DNA of 64,000 nt from a virus (lineage: Duplodnaviria > Caudoviricetes): positions 160,001-224,000 of the IMG/VR virus record IMGVR_UViG_3300049988_000286; one strand, written 5' to 3'. The notes beneath the pieces were generated by a model. That model did not search any database. It was given only the letters and a program-made list of their open reading frames with translations, and had not been told where the DNA came from. Shown piece after piece: positions 8,506 to 16,354 of the stretch (the first letter of the stretch is position 1; each line of letters starts with the position of its first letter). A program made the position numbers and the translations under genes.

Positions 8506-8955
8506 ATGGATGCTCGCTACACCCGCACCTACTGGTACGATGCACCAGCGTACGATGTTGCACAGACCTTCAATCGTGGGCAACTCGCCGGTTTCTACCC
8601 CGATCAAGCGCCGCAGAAGCGGGGCCGCAATCAGGACGAAGACCTGTGTCTCTTCCTCGATCAACTCTGCGCTCGATGGTTCAACACCCCATTTACGCTA
8701 CAGACCGAGTTCATGGCGGAGTATCGCTTCCTCGATCTCGATTATCGCGCTGCGAAAATAAGGTCGTATAACGCGCATATGGATCGTTGCTTGATCGAGA
8801 GCACGGACGACCCGTCCATGTACGCGATCTTCGATATGCGGTTCAAGCGCGGGTTCGGTGGCGTGTCGAGCAACGTCCTGCATTGCCACACCTACGAGGT
8901 GCATGAGTGGAACATTCCTGACCACGAGATGACCCTCATGCGGTTGATCTTGTGA
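8506..8955 (+). CDS. hypothetical protein, 149 aa
   Basis: ORF in a coupled run (GTGA overlap with the next gene). Confidence 0.75.
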   Translation: MDARYTRTYWYDAPAYDVAQTFNRGQLAGFYPDQAPQKRGRNQDEDLCLFLDQLCARWFNTPFTLQTEFMAEYRFLDLDYRAAKIRSYNAHMDRCLIESTDDPSMYAIFDMRFKRGFGGVSSNVLHCHTYEVHEWNIPDHEMTLMRLIL

Positions 8956-9212
8956 AGACGATTACGGTAGAACTCGGGCAAGGGAAGAGTTACGACTTCA
9001 TCACCGCCGTCGAGGTAGCGAGAGCGGTCGTTGAGGGGGAGTTTCACCTCAAGCTGGGGTTGGCCTCCGTAGAGGCATCGTTGCCTTCATCGAGGCTGCG
9101 CTACTTCCTCCAAAATCATCTCTCGGGTATGTTCGCGCTCATCTTCACATCGCAGCATGACGCCACCATGTTCGTCCTCGCCTATCAGAGGAGCGACAAT
9201 CCCGATGTTTGA
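8952..9212 (+). CDS. small hypothetical protein, C-terminal F-x-x-x-x-D-x-x-x-F-x-L family
   Basis: FTSQHDATMFVLAY. Confidence 0.7.
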   Translation: MKTITVELGQGKSYDFITAVEVARAVVEGEFHLKLGLASVEASLPSSRLRYFLQNHLSGMFALIFTSQHDATMFVLAYQRSDNPDV

Positions 9213-9456
9213 AGTCACTTTCCCACCCAGCGACTTCGACGGCATGGAACGCTTCTACGCGATTCGGCAAGCGCGCAAGCACGCGTTAGGGCCGTTCTCT
9301 TTGCGTGTGGGCGATAAGCGGATGTCAGCCATGAAGGGGATGCTTCCCGATGAGGCTTTTACCGCACATCTAGAGGATCGTTGGGGTCTCGTCTTCGAGA
9401 GCGAGGTGGACATGATGATGTTCAAGCTGGCGTTTCGCCCGATGGATCAGGCGTAA
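9205..9456 (+). CDS. small hypothetical protein, same family, 83 aa
   Basis: SD GAGGAG; FESEVDMMMFKLAF. Confidence 0.7.
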   Translation: MFEVTFPPSDFDGMERFYAIRQARKHALGPFSLRVGDKRMSAMKGMLPDEAFTAHLEDRWGLVFESEVDMMMFKLAFRPMDQA

Positions 9457-9797
9457 GCGGCAAGCTTCTTGGCCGTCGCCTTCATCCGCTTGCCCTCGGT
9501 ATCAGCGTGCTGGCAGCAGAACAGCAGGTTGATCACTCTACCCTTGAGCGAGTAGACGAGAATGATGTCGGGGGCGAGGTGGCAGTGCTGAAACCCCTTG
9601 AGCGGTCCGGTGAACGGACGATCATGGGAGCCGAAGCGTTGCTGTAAGGGATCGGGTAGCTTGGCGGCAGTGAACTGCGCCAGCTTATCCTTGAGACGCG
9701 GGTTTGCGCGCAGCAAGACGGCGAAGCTTTCGGTGAAGAGCGGCTTGGGTGCGATCGTCCACGGAACATCTCGTCCCGCTTCAACGATGATCGCCAT
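9447..9797 (-). CDS. YafQ/RelE-family mRNA interferase toxin, 116 aa
   Basis: DRPFTGPLKGFQHCHLAPDIILVY...CQHAD aligns by eye to E. coli YafQ DHPLQGSWKGYRDAHVEPDWILIY...GTHAA. Confidence 0.8.
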   Translation of the reverse strand: MAIIVEAGRDVPWTIAPKPLFTESFAVLLRANPRLKDKLAQFTAAKLPDPLQQRFGSHDRPFTGPLKGFQHCHLAPDIILVYSLKGRVINLLFCCQHADTEGKRMKATAKKLAAYA

Positions 9798-9805
9798 CCA
9801 CTCTC

Positions 9806-9946
9806 TTAAAGAGCGGCGAGCCACTTCGCGAATTCTTCCTGCGACATCGACTGGGTATCGTCCCCCTCGGCCGCGATGATGCGCGCGACGAGATCGGTAT
9901 CCTCGGTGATGATCTGCTCGATCAGCATGTCGGTGTCCTTTTCCAT
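9806..9946 (-). CDS. putative antitoxin, 46-aa acidic peptide (not in ORF track)
   Basis: MEKDTDMLIEQIITEDTDLVARIIAAEGDDTQSMSQEEFAKWLAAL; ends 8 nt before the toxin ATG. Confidence 0.65.
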   Translation of the reverse strand: MEKDTDMLIEQIITEDTDLVARIIAAEGDDTQSMSQEEFAKWLAAL

Positions 9947-9952
9947 GACCGG

Positions 9953-9958
9953 TATTTA
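9953..9958 (-). promoter_or_regulatory. late promoter TAAATA for the antitoxin-toxin pair
   Basis: 6 nt upstream of ATG 9946. Confidence 0.65.
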
Positions 9959-9984
9959 GCACAGTTCTGCGGCAAGGCAAGCAC

Positions 9985-9994
9985 TAATTGATTA
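9985..9994. promoter_or_regulatory. palindromic operator-like site TAATTGATTA (CACTAAT-TG-ATTAGTG)
   Basis: recurs at 14149 and 16076. Confidence 0.4.
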
Positions 9995-10019
9995 GTGAGA
10001 CTTAGCGAACAAAGACAAA

Positions 10020-10049
10020 TTGCACCCTTGGTGCGCCAGAAGGTATAAC
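10020..10049 (+). promoter_or_regulatory. sigma70-type promoter TTGCAC-N18-TATAAC
   Basis: predicted +1 coincides with ATG 10056. Confidence 0.55.
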
Positions 10050-10055
10050 ACCGTG

Positions 10056-10727
10056 ATGGAAAGAAATCGTTTTTGCGGCTTTTGTGGCACTGAATTCAAC
10101 GATCTGTCGTGGCCGCGCCACTGCACGAATTGCTCACGAGTGACCTACCGTAACCCCCTCGCTGTAGCGATCTGCCTCCAGCCGATCACCCACGGGGAGC
10201 GGACCGGACTCGCTATTGCCCAACGCGCTATTCCACCCGTTGGTGGTTGGGCGTTGGTGGCAGGACACCTCGAAGTGTTCGATCATGGTAGCGAAACGGT
10301 TGAGGAAGGGGCGGCACGCGAGTTCTTCGAGGAGACAAGCGTGCGTTCGGGCGCGAACCCACGCCTCATCCGCAGCGAGAAGAACCATCTCGGTCACCTG
10401 TTGATCATCGTCGAAACCGATGCCATCCCTTGGTCGGACTGGACAAAGGCCAGACCCTGTTCGGAAAACCTCGCCCTCGACGTAATGTGGGAGCCACGTG
10501 ACCTCTGCTTCCCCATTCACACCAAGGCAGCCAAGGATTGGTTCGAGGGTAGACAGAAGCCAGCAGCGACGCTTATCTTCAGCACCATCAACGAATACGA
10601 TTCGTGGTGCGCGGTATGGTCGATCGATCGGAACGGTGACTACATCGATGTGATCTTCGAGGATGCCGACGCGGAGACTTGCGAAGATTGGTGTGCCGCG
10701 AATGGCTATCGTATCGTCATCGTCTAG
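10056..10727 (+). CDS. Nudix hydrolase with N-terminal zinc ribbon and C-terminal extension
   Basis: FCGFCG...HCTNC..YRNP; GWALVAGHLE...AAREFFEETSV. Confidence 0.85.
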   Translation: MERNRFCGFCGTEFNDLSWPRHCTNCSRVTYRNPLAVAICLQPITHGERTGLAIAQRAIPPVGGWALVAGHLEVFDHGSETVEEGAAREFFEETSVRSGANPRLIRSEKNHLGHLLIIVETDAIPWSDWTKARPCSENLALDVMWEPRDLCFPIHTKAAKDWFEGRQKPAATLIFSTINEYDSWCAVWSIDRNGDYIDVIFEDADAETCEDWCAANGYRIVIV

Positions 10728-10736
10728 GAGATATTC

Positions 10737-10889
10737 GTGACACGAGATGAAAAAGCGACGCTCATCGAGGATGCGCGTCAGCGCATGGTGGAGGCGTATC
10801 GCAACTATACTGATCAAGGCAGTGTGGCGAACCTGACAGCCGCCGCATCCTATGCTGCGGTCATGTCCGCGTTGATCGCTGATCTATGA
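10737..10889 (+). CDS. hypothetical protein, 50 aa (not in ORF track)
   Basis: AGGAG SD, GTG start, ATGA overlap with the next gene. Confidence 0.6.
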   Translation: MTRDEKATLIEDARQRMVEAYRNYTDQGSVANLTAAASYAAVMSALIADL

Positions 10890-11212
10890 CCTTGCTTCCT
10901 CTCACGCCGGGGCTCCTTCTCTCGATGGCGCTTCGCTACGATCACAGCTTTGGCATTCATGGACCGTTTGATCCAGAACCCGATCTTGCTTCCAAGCAGA
11001 TGGCGATCTTCGATCAGGCGGTTGAGTATTGGCGCACTAGACACGACGAGCCCATTACTGTAACCGACCGTCAACTCCGGGAAGAAATGACCGGGGTTGG
11101 CTTCTTCGTCCCGGCCGTAGGTCAGGAGGATGTGAGCCTTCTTCGTGCATCAATGGATGCACGGGTGTTCGAGCACCTTGTGTGCTTGGTTGAGAGGTAT
11201 CGAGATGAGTGA
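10886..11212 (+). CDS. hypothetical protein, 108 aa
   Basis: coupled on both sides. Confidence 0.65.
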   Translation: MTLLPLTPGLLLSMALRYDHSFGIHGPFDPEPDLASKQMAIFDQAVEYWRTRHDEPITVTDRQLREEMTGVGFFVPAVGQEDVSLLRASMDARVFEHLVCLVERYRDE

Positions 11213-11648
11213 AACGGGTTTGCAGAAGTTGAAGGCCGATGTCATCGTGGCAATGAAGGCTGGGGATCGCACGCGCCTTGACGTGCTTCGCCAGTTCGTC
11301 AACCGCACCACGATGACGGCGAAGAACGACGGCAACCGTGACGCCACCGACAAGGATGTGATCACCGCCGGTCTCAAGATCGTCAAAGAGGCGAATGAGA
11401 CCCGCTCGATCTACGTCGAGAAGGGCGTCGATACCTCGCCGCAGGACACCGAAATCGCGATCGTCTCCGAGTATCTGCCCCGGCAGATGAGCGAGGATGA
11501 TCTGCGCGCCGTCCTCGTCACTCTCTCTGCCTCGGCACCGGAGGGCAAGGCGGCGCGCGGCTATTACAACAAGGAGTTGAACGCGCGCCACAAGGGCGAG
11601 TTCGACAACGCGGTGGCGCAGCGCATGATCGCCGAGATGGTAGCGTGA
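11205..11648 (+). CDS. GatB/YqeY domain protein
   Basis: VAMKAGDRTRLDVLR, EIAIVSEYLPRQMSEDDL. Confidence 0.85.
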   Translation: MSETGLQKLKADVIVAMKAGDRTRLDVLRQFVNRTTMTAKNDGNRDATDKDVITAGLKIVKEANETRSIYVEKGVDTSPQDTEIAIVSEYLPRQMSEDDLRAVLVTLSASAPEGKAARGYYNKELNARHKGEFDNAVAQRMIAEMVA

Positions 11649-11797
11649 AGATGACCTTCTTCCGCGCGATCTCGGCCGTGTTGATCGGTGCTGCCGTGGG
11701 GACGCTGGGGGCCGCTGTGGAACACAGCATGGCGGAACCGGCGTCGAAGAAGAAAGCCAAGAAGAAAACTCGCAAAAAGAAGGGTAAGCATGGCTAA
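11645..11797 (+). CDS. 50-aa membrane/signal peptide with poly-Lys tail (not in ORF track)
   Basis: MKMTFFRAISAVLIGAAVGTLGAAVEHSMAEPASKKKAKKKTRKKKGKHG; GTGA overlap. Confidence 0.55.
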   Translation: MKMTFFRAISAVLIGAAVGTLGAAVEHSMAEPASKKKAKKKTRKKKGKHG

Positions 11798-12053
11798 CAT
11801 CATCACACCAGACGAAGTGCGTGACTGGTTCGCCGATGCCGATGACGATGAGGTCACGGGCTTCCTCGAAGAGGGGCTCACGGATGTCATCGGCGGCGAG
11901 TCTCGTCCCCAGAAGGTCAAGGACATGATCATCGCGATGTCCGACCACACTATCCAGACGCTCCTCGACGACAATGGCCTTCAGCCTTTGATCGAGAACC
12001 TCGAAGAAGACGACTTCTTCGGTACCGAGGGCTTTGCCAAGCGCTTCGCATGA
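11790..12053 (+). CDS. highly acidic hypothetical protein, 87 aa
   Basis: 22 D/E versus 6 K/R. Confidence 0.75.
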   Translation: MANIITPDEVRDWFADADDDEVTGFLEEGLTDVIGGESRPQKVKDMIIAMSDHTIQTLLDDNGLQPLIENLEEDDFFGTEGFAKRFA

Positions 12054-12060
12054 ATGATCG

Positions 12061-12085
12061 CCGGTGGGATCGAGTGTCCCACCGG
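12061..12085. repeat. 9-bp perfect inverted repeat CCGGTGGGA-N7-TCCCACCGG
   Basis: seen directly; no U-tract. Confidence 0.6.
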
Positions 12086-12091
12086 TTGACA

Positions 12092-12097
12092 TAAATA
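12092..12097 (+). promoter_or_regulatory. late promoter TAAATA
   Basis: 4 nt upstream of ATG 12102. Confidence 0.65.
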
Positions 12098-12101
12098 GAT
12101 C

Positions 12102-12614
12102 ATGGTTTGCACGCATGATCATCCCCTCGTCGAGACGCAGCAACTCGATGAGATGTATTACAAAACGATGATGCAGAAGATTGTGCCCGGCTACCTGCCG
12201 ACGCGTGACTACGCCCCGTTGATTAAATTCGTCAAGTATCAGAAGACTGTGGGCAACACGATTCAGTTCTTCGTGCCCAACCGCTACAACGGCTTCATGG
12301 TTTATATCCGCTTCGATGAATGGGCGGAGAATGTCCGCGATCTCGAATACACGCCAGTAGAAGCAGCAAGGCTTCTATTCTGGGGCGCGAACCTGCGCAT
12401 CCACTGCAACTGCCCAAGCTTTGCCTTCCACGGCTATCAATATATCCTTTCCCAAACCGAATCCGCTATCGTGCCGGAAGTGCGCTTCCCCCATGTCCGC
12501 AACCCTCACCTCAAGGGTCTCTTGTGTAAGCATGGACGCCGGGTGATGAAGACCTTGCCGTTCCACCTCGGTGACATGGCGAAGGCTATCAAGGAACAGC
12601 GCGCGGCGCTCTAG
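12102..12614 (+). CDS. SWIM-like zinc-finger protein
   Basis: IHCNCPSF...LLCKHG (CxC-Xn-CxH). Confidence 0.65.
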   Translation: MVCTHDHPLVETQQLDEMYYKTMMQKIVPGYLPTRDYAPLIKFVKYQKTVGNTIQFFVPNRYNGFMVYIRFDEWAENVRDLEYTPVEAARLLFWGANLRIHCNCPSFAFHGYQYILSQTESAIVPEVRFPHVRNPHLKGLLCKHGRRVMKTLPFHLGDMAKAIKEQRAAL

Positions 12615-13177
12615 TCGCTGAACAGCACCTCGTCCGCTGTGGCCGATCCTTCGAAGTCGTAACGCTCTCCGGCTGGAAACCCGACGATGAGTTTCGTGCA
12701 GCGTTGACCACCAATCATGCGGTCGTATTTGAACCGACCATGCTTTGCTAGAATTTCTTTACCGAGTAGTTCTTCCGCATGATCGTTCGGAACTGGCGGC
12801 AGCCCGAGATTGAGCGCGACATTCGCCGCTTTACCGCTGGCCTCCGACCAGCCACGATGAAGCTTGATGTCATCGGCGACAATCCGCCGCAAATCAATCT
12901 TCGACTGTCGAGAGTCGTCGGTAGCAACACAGACGCGCTTCGCACCATACTTCTTCTTGAATATAGCAACGACGACGATCTTCCCTTTACGGCGGACAAG
13001 CTTCCACCAAGTATTGGGTTCATTGATAAGATCGTCAACACTCCGATAATTGAGGTTGCCGCCGATGTATTGATATGCTTTCTCTATCAGGTCGAATACC
13101 TCTGGCGCGTACTGCGCCTTCTGCTCGCGGTCAAAGAGGTTGACGTAAGTCTCTGTAAGAATCTCATGGAGGCGCAT
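12611..13177 (-). CDS. hypothetical protein, 188 aa, probable head-internal protein
   Basis: real start MRLHEILTE, 4 nt after TAAATA; the track ORF is over-extended. Confidence 0.75.
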   Translation of the reverse strand: MRLHEILTETYVNLFDREQKAQYAPEVFDLIEKAYQYIGGNLNYRSVDDLINEPNTWWKLVRRKGKIVVVAIFKKKYGAKRVCVATDDSRQSKIDLRRIVADDIKLHRGWSEASGKAANVALNLGLPPVPNDHAEELLGKEILAKHGRFKYDRMIGGQRCTKLIVGFPAGERYDFEGSATADEVLFSD

Positions 13178-13181
13178 TGGA

Positions 13182-13217
13182 TATTTATTACGGTGCGGTG
13201 ATGGTTTGGGGTAAATA
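13182..13217. promoter_or_regulatory. back-to-back divergent late promoters (TAAATA at 13182-13187 minus, 13212-13217 plus)
   Basis: 4 and 5 nt upstream of the two divergent ATGs. Confidence 0.7.
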
Positions 13218-13222
13218 CTCCC

Positions 13223-13873
13223 ATGCGCCACCACATCGACCTCATCAACTCTGTCCTCGTCGAGGCACAGAACACCAACGAGATTTTCCAGCAGACGCGC
13301 ACCGCGCTCACCCGCGCATGGACGAGCAAGAAGCGCCTCTCCTATCAGACCGCCCAGCGCGAGATCGTCACCACGCTGACGAAGATAGCCCAGCAGATGC
13401 AGGACGATTCGCACCCCATCACCGTCTTGGTCGATCTCTACCCCGATGATCCCAAGCCGGGTCGCCTGACCGCGCACCACGGTGGTGCATGGATGGTAAT
13501 CAACTTCGAGCGCACGCTTCCTGATGACTGGGACAAACTGTCGAACGAAGACATCACCACCGTGGTGTTCAAGGTCAGTCAGGTGTTCGCGCACGAGATG
13601 CAGCACTATGCACAGTATCTGCGCAACTGGTCGTATTTCGAGCAGCGGGGTGGTGACGCCCCCGAGAGTCAGGTGCGTTCCGACGCCGCCAGTGCGTGCC
13701 GGGAACTCATCGCCCACTACGGCGACGCCAAAACGGTAATCGGCGCGCTGAAGTCGAGCGTCGCTGACGTAATTGAGGCCTCCGAGGCAATGGCGAAGAA
13801 CCTTCGCAACACCACCAAGGAGGCCTCCAAGCGTTTCCTCACCGCCCTCTACACGCAGCTACAGACTAGCTAG
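13223..13873 (+). CDS. putative zincin-like metallopeptidase, 216 aa
   Basis: FAHEMQHYAQ (HEXXH) on a predicted helix. Confidence 0.55.
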   Translation: MRHHIDLINSVLVEAQNTNEIFQQTRTALTRAWTSKKRLSYQTAQREIVTTLTKIAQQMQDDSHPITVLVDLYPDDPKPGRLTAHHGGAWMVINFERTLPDDWDKLSNEDITTVVFKVSQVFAHEMQHYAQYLRNWSYFEQRGGDAPESQVRSDAASACRELIAHYGDAKTVIGALKSSVADVIEASEAMAKNLRNTTKEASKRFLTALYTQLQTS

Positions 13874-14042
13874 TCGAGCGGCATACCGCGCAATAGGGGA
13901 GAAGGTTGAGGACTTCGAGCAACTCGTCGAAGTCGTGGTCGTTGGTGACCTCGCACTCGCGCAGCGCCGCTCCCACCCCGGCCAGCGTGGGGTCGATCGT
14001 CACAACTACAATGATTCCGTCCTCCATCATTCGAGCCTCCAT
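13866..14042 (-). CDS. hypothetical protein, 58 aa (not in ORF track)
   Basis: MEARMMEDGIIVVVTID...; TAAATA at 14099-14104 upstream. Confidence 0.45.
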   Translation of the reverse strand: MEARMMEDGIIVVVTIDPTLAGVGAALRECEVTNDHDFDELLEVLNLLPYCAVCRSTS

Positions 14043-14118
14043 GGTGGTTGAGCCTAGTTAATCGATCAACCGTCCTGTGGTTCCACAGTTCACGGGAATA
14101 TTTATTCCATTATCGCTG

Positions 14119-14158
14119 TTGACAGTTCGCTGCCTTTCCCGTATTCGGTAATTGATTA
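14119..14158 (+). promoter_or_regulatory. sigma70-type promoter (TTGACA at 14119) with a TAATTGATTA site over the start region
   Basis: TTGACA-N17-TATTCG then TAATTGATTA and AGGAG SD. Confidence 0.5.
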
Positions 14159-14168
14159 GGAGAAAGCC

Positions 14169-15503
14169 ATGCTCGACCGTAACGATCCTGCCCGCACCGT
14201 TTTCCTCATCCCGGAGGCTCACATGCCCCGCTTGGAGCGCGAGGTAGCCAAGCTTTCCAAGAAGGCGGAGAAGTGGCACGGCTGGGCATTCGACGTGCTC
14301 GTCTTCGGTTTTCAGTTTCGCGACGAGCGGGATGGCACCAAGACCAAGCTGATCGAAGTTTCGCTCGATGTCGAGACTATCAAGCTTGACGGCTGGGAGT
14401 TTCTCGCGCGCCTCGATCACGCGCAGGATACGGGCAACATCGTCCGGTCGGTCCCCAACGCCGTCGTGGATGTCGCGGAGCGTTTCCGCCACTCCGCTCC
14501 GGACTGCGAGCACTGCAATCATCGTCGGCTGCGTCGCGACACCTTCGTGCTCTATGATGCCGAAAGCGGTGAGTACAAGCAGGTGGGCTCGACCTGTCTG
14601 GCCGATTTCCTCGGGCACGAGGCCACCAAGCTGGGCCGCATCGCCGAACTCGCCGGTTACGCGACGGAACTCGCCCGCGCTCTCGAAAAGGAGCCGGTGA
14701 GCAATGACCCTCGTGTCTTGCAGGAGCGTCGCTACATCGATCTCGCCGACTATCTCGTCCATTGCGCGACGATGATCCGCGTTAACGGCTGGGTCTCGGG
14801 CAAGGCCGCATACGAGAACAAGTCCCTGACCGCAACGCGCTGGGTGGCGCTCGACAACATGCTCACCGCGAGCATGACCTTCGTTGTGGAGCCCACGGAC
14901 GAGGATCAGGCACTGGCCGAGAAGGCTCGCGCTTGGGTGCAGGGCTTCGCCGATCTGCCGAGCCTCGACGAGTATCAGCACAACGTCCTGACCCTCGCCA
15001 ACGCGGTCGTGATCGATACCCGCGCGTGCGGCCTCGCGGCGTCGATCGTCGGCGTCTATTGGCTGAAGCACACGCCGAAGCGCGGCAAGGCGCAACTCGG
15101 TGACCTGACCGAAGTCCTGACGCTGTTCGGCCGCGCGGCGCGCCTCCGCAATCCCAAGATCAACCTCGACTTCCCCGACACGGGCAAGATCGTGCTCTCG
15201 GTCGCGGGTCCGCGCTCCAAGGCTCCGGGGACGATCAACGTCGCCACGCCGGGCGGATACGAGGCCAACACATGGTATGGCCGGGTCAATCTCGATGGTA
15301 GCTTCACGCCCACTCGTCAGGCTCCGGCAGCGCTGGAGGCTAGGCTGGCTTTGTTCGCCGCCGATCCCGCCAAGGTGGCGGGCGAGCATGGTCACCGCAC
15401 CGGCCAGTGCTGTTTCTGTAACCGTCCCCTCACGGACGAGCGTTCGACGGAAGTCGGATATGGCCCGGTCTGCGCGGACACTTTCGCCCTACCGTGGGGT
15501 TGA
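14169..15503 (+). CDS. phage protein with two Zn-binding motifs, C-terminal DUF6011-like domain
   Basis: CEHCNHRR...VGSTC and GQCCFCNRPLTDERSTEVGYGPVC. Confidence 0.75.
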   Translation: MLDRNDPARTVFLIPEAHMPRLEREVAKLSKKAEKWHGWAFDVLVFGFQFRDERDGTKTKLIEVSLDVETIKLDGWEFLARLDHAQDTGNIVRSVPNAVVDVAERFRHSAPDCEHCNHRRLRRDTFVLYDAESGEYKQVGSTCLADFLGHEATKLGRIAELAGYATELARALEKEPVSNDPRVLQERRYIDLADYLVHCATMIRVNGWVSGKAAYENKSLTATRWVALDNMLTASMTFVVEPTDEDQALAEKARAWVQGFADLPSLDEYQHNVLTLANAVVIDTRACGLAASIVGVYWLKHTPKRGKAQLGDLTEVLTLFGRAARLRNPKINLDFPDTGKIVLSVAGPRSKAPGTINVATPGGYEANTWYGRVNLDGSFTPTRQAPAALEARLALFAADPAKVAGEHGHRTGQCCFCNRPLTDERSTEVGYGPVCADTFALPWG

Positions 15504-15603
15504 CAGTTCACCAAATGATCGGCTTGCGGAGAAGCCGCTGGACAAGCGCCCGCAAGTAGATCACGCCATCTGGAGCGGTCAGGGGATCGCCGGGGGTGCG
15601 ACA

Positions 15604-15819
15604 ATGGCTTGGATGATCCCAAAGGATGCGCTGCTGCTGATTATCAACCATCGCATCGACTGTCTGCGGCAAGACGCCCGTATGGGCCAAATCGCTGCTC
15701 GGCAGAAGATCGACGTGTTGGAAGATTTATTGGTGATGATCGACTTTATTCAGCCGATATCGATCGGATCAGTCGAGCCAGTAAATCTTGCGGAAACTAT
15801 CCGCATCACGCCCGCTTAA
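15604..15819 (+). CDS. hypothetical protein, 71 aa
   Basis: ATG after a GGGGGT SD-like sequence; the track ORF is over-extended. Confidence 0.4.
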   Translation: MAWMIPKDALLLIINHRIDCLRQDARMGQIAARQKIDVLEDLLVMIDFIQPISIGSVEPVNLAETIRITPA

Positions 15820-16056
15820 CGCCAACACGGCGTCGCGCTCGTCGATGGTGATGTAACGATCATCGTTACCGAGATGCCAGTCATCCTTGGCGTTCATGAA
15901 GAGGAAATCCATCAGGGCACCACGGAAGACGATCGCCTCGAACGCGGAGTGCTCACTCAACGCGACGCGGAAGATGTGACGATCACCCATGACACCAATC
16001 GGCTTGATGGTGAAGGAGTCGAGGTCAACGGCCTCGTAGGGGTTAGTCGCCAGCAT
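15769..16056 (-). CDS. hypothetical protein, 95 aa
   Basis: ORF; IDERDAVLAL resembles the small-protein family motif. Confidence 0.6.
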   Translation of the reverse strand: MLATNPYEAVDLDSFTIKPIGVMGDRHIFRVALSEHSAFEAIVFRGALMDFLFMNAKDDWHLGNDDRYITIDERDAVLALSGRDADSFRKIYWLD

Positions 16057-16075
16057 AGATGCGCTCTACACCGGC

Positions 16076-16085
16076 TAATCAATTA
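16076..16085. promoter_or_regulatory. TAATTGATTA site (minus strand)
   Basis: intergenic, upstream of 16056. Confidence 0.4.
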
Positions 16086-16087
16086 AG

Positions 16088-16354
16088 TCAACTGATTGCG
16101 GCTGACTTGTAGCCCGAGAACGCATGGTCGAGAAATGATTCGCTGCACAGCATGTGGAGTAGTTCCATAAAGGAGTAGTCGGAACTGTCCCGGATCAGGC
16201 AGGTGAACATATCATGACAATAGCAATCCACTGCTACTACGGAAACGCCCTGATTGAAGCACTGATTGTAGATGTAACGACGAACCTCGTCCACAAATGC
16301 ACGAAGCCGATCAGCGCGTCGATTAAACAGGTCGTCCCTTGAAACGATATTCAT
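16088..16354 (-). CDS. hypothetical protein, 88 aa, Cys/His-rich, lower GC
   Basis: GGAGG SD and TAAATA at 16374-16379. Confidence 0.65.
   Translation of the reverse strand: MNIVSRDDLFNRRADRLRAFVDEVRRYIYNQCFNQGVSVVAVDCYCHDMFTCLIRDSSDYSFMELLHMLCSESFLDHAFSGYKSAAIS

Noticed and set aside
9447-9980. 177-aa track ORF as one protein
   Set aside because: The first 61 residues are an off-frame read of the antitoxin gene; the real toxin starts at 9797
11055-12143. 362-aa minus-strand ORF
   Set aside because: Opposite a chain of coupled plus-strand genes including YqeY
12611-13717. 368-aa track ORF
   Set aside because: The N-terminal half overlaps gene 13223-13873 antisense; TAAATA fixes the start at 13177
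14058-15395. 445-aa minus-strand ORF
   Set aside because: Antisense shadow of the motif-bearing plus-strand gene 14169-15503; typical of GC-rich codon bias
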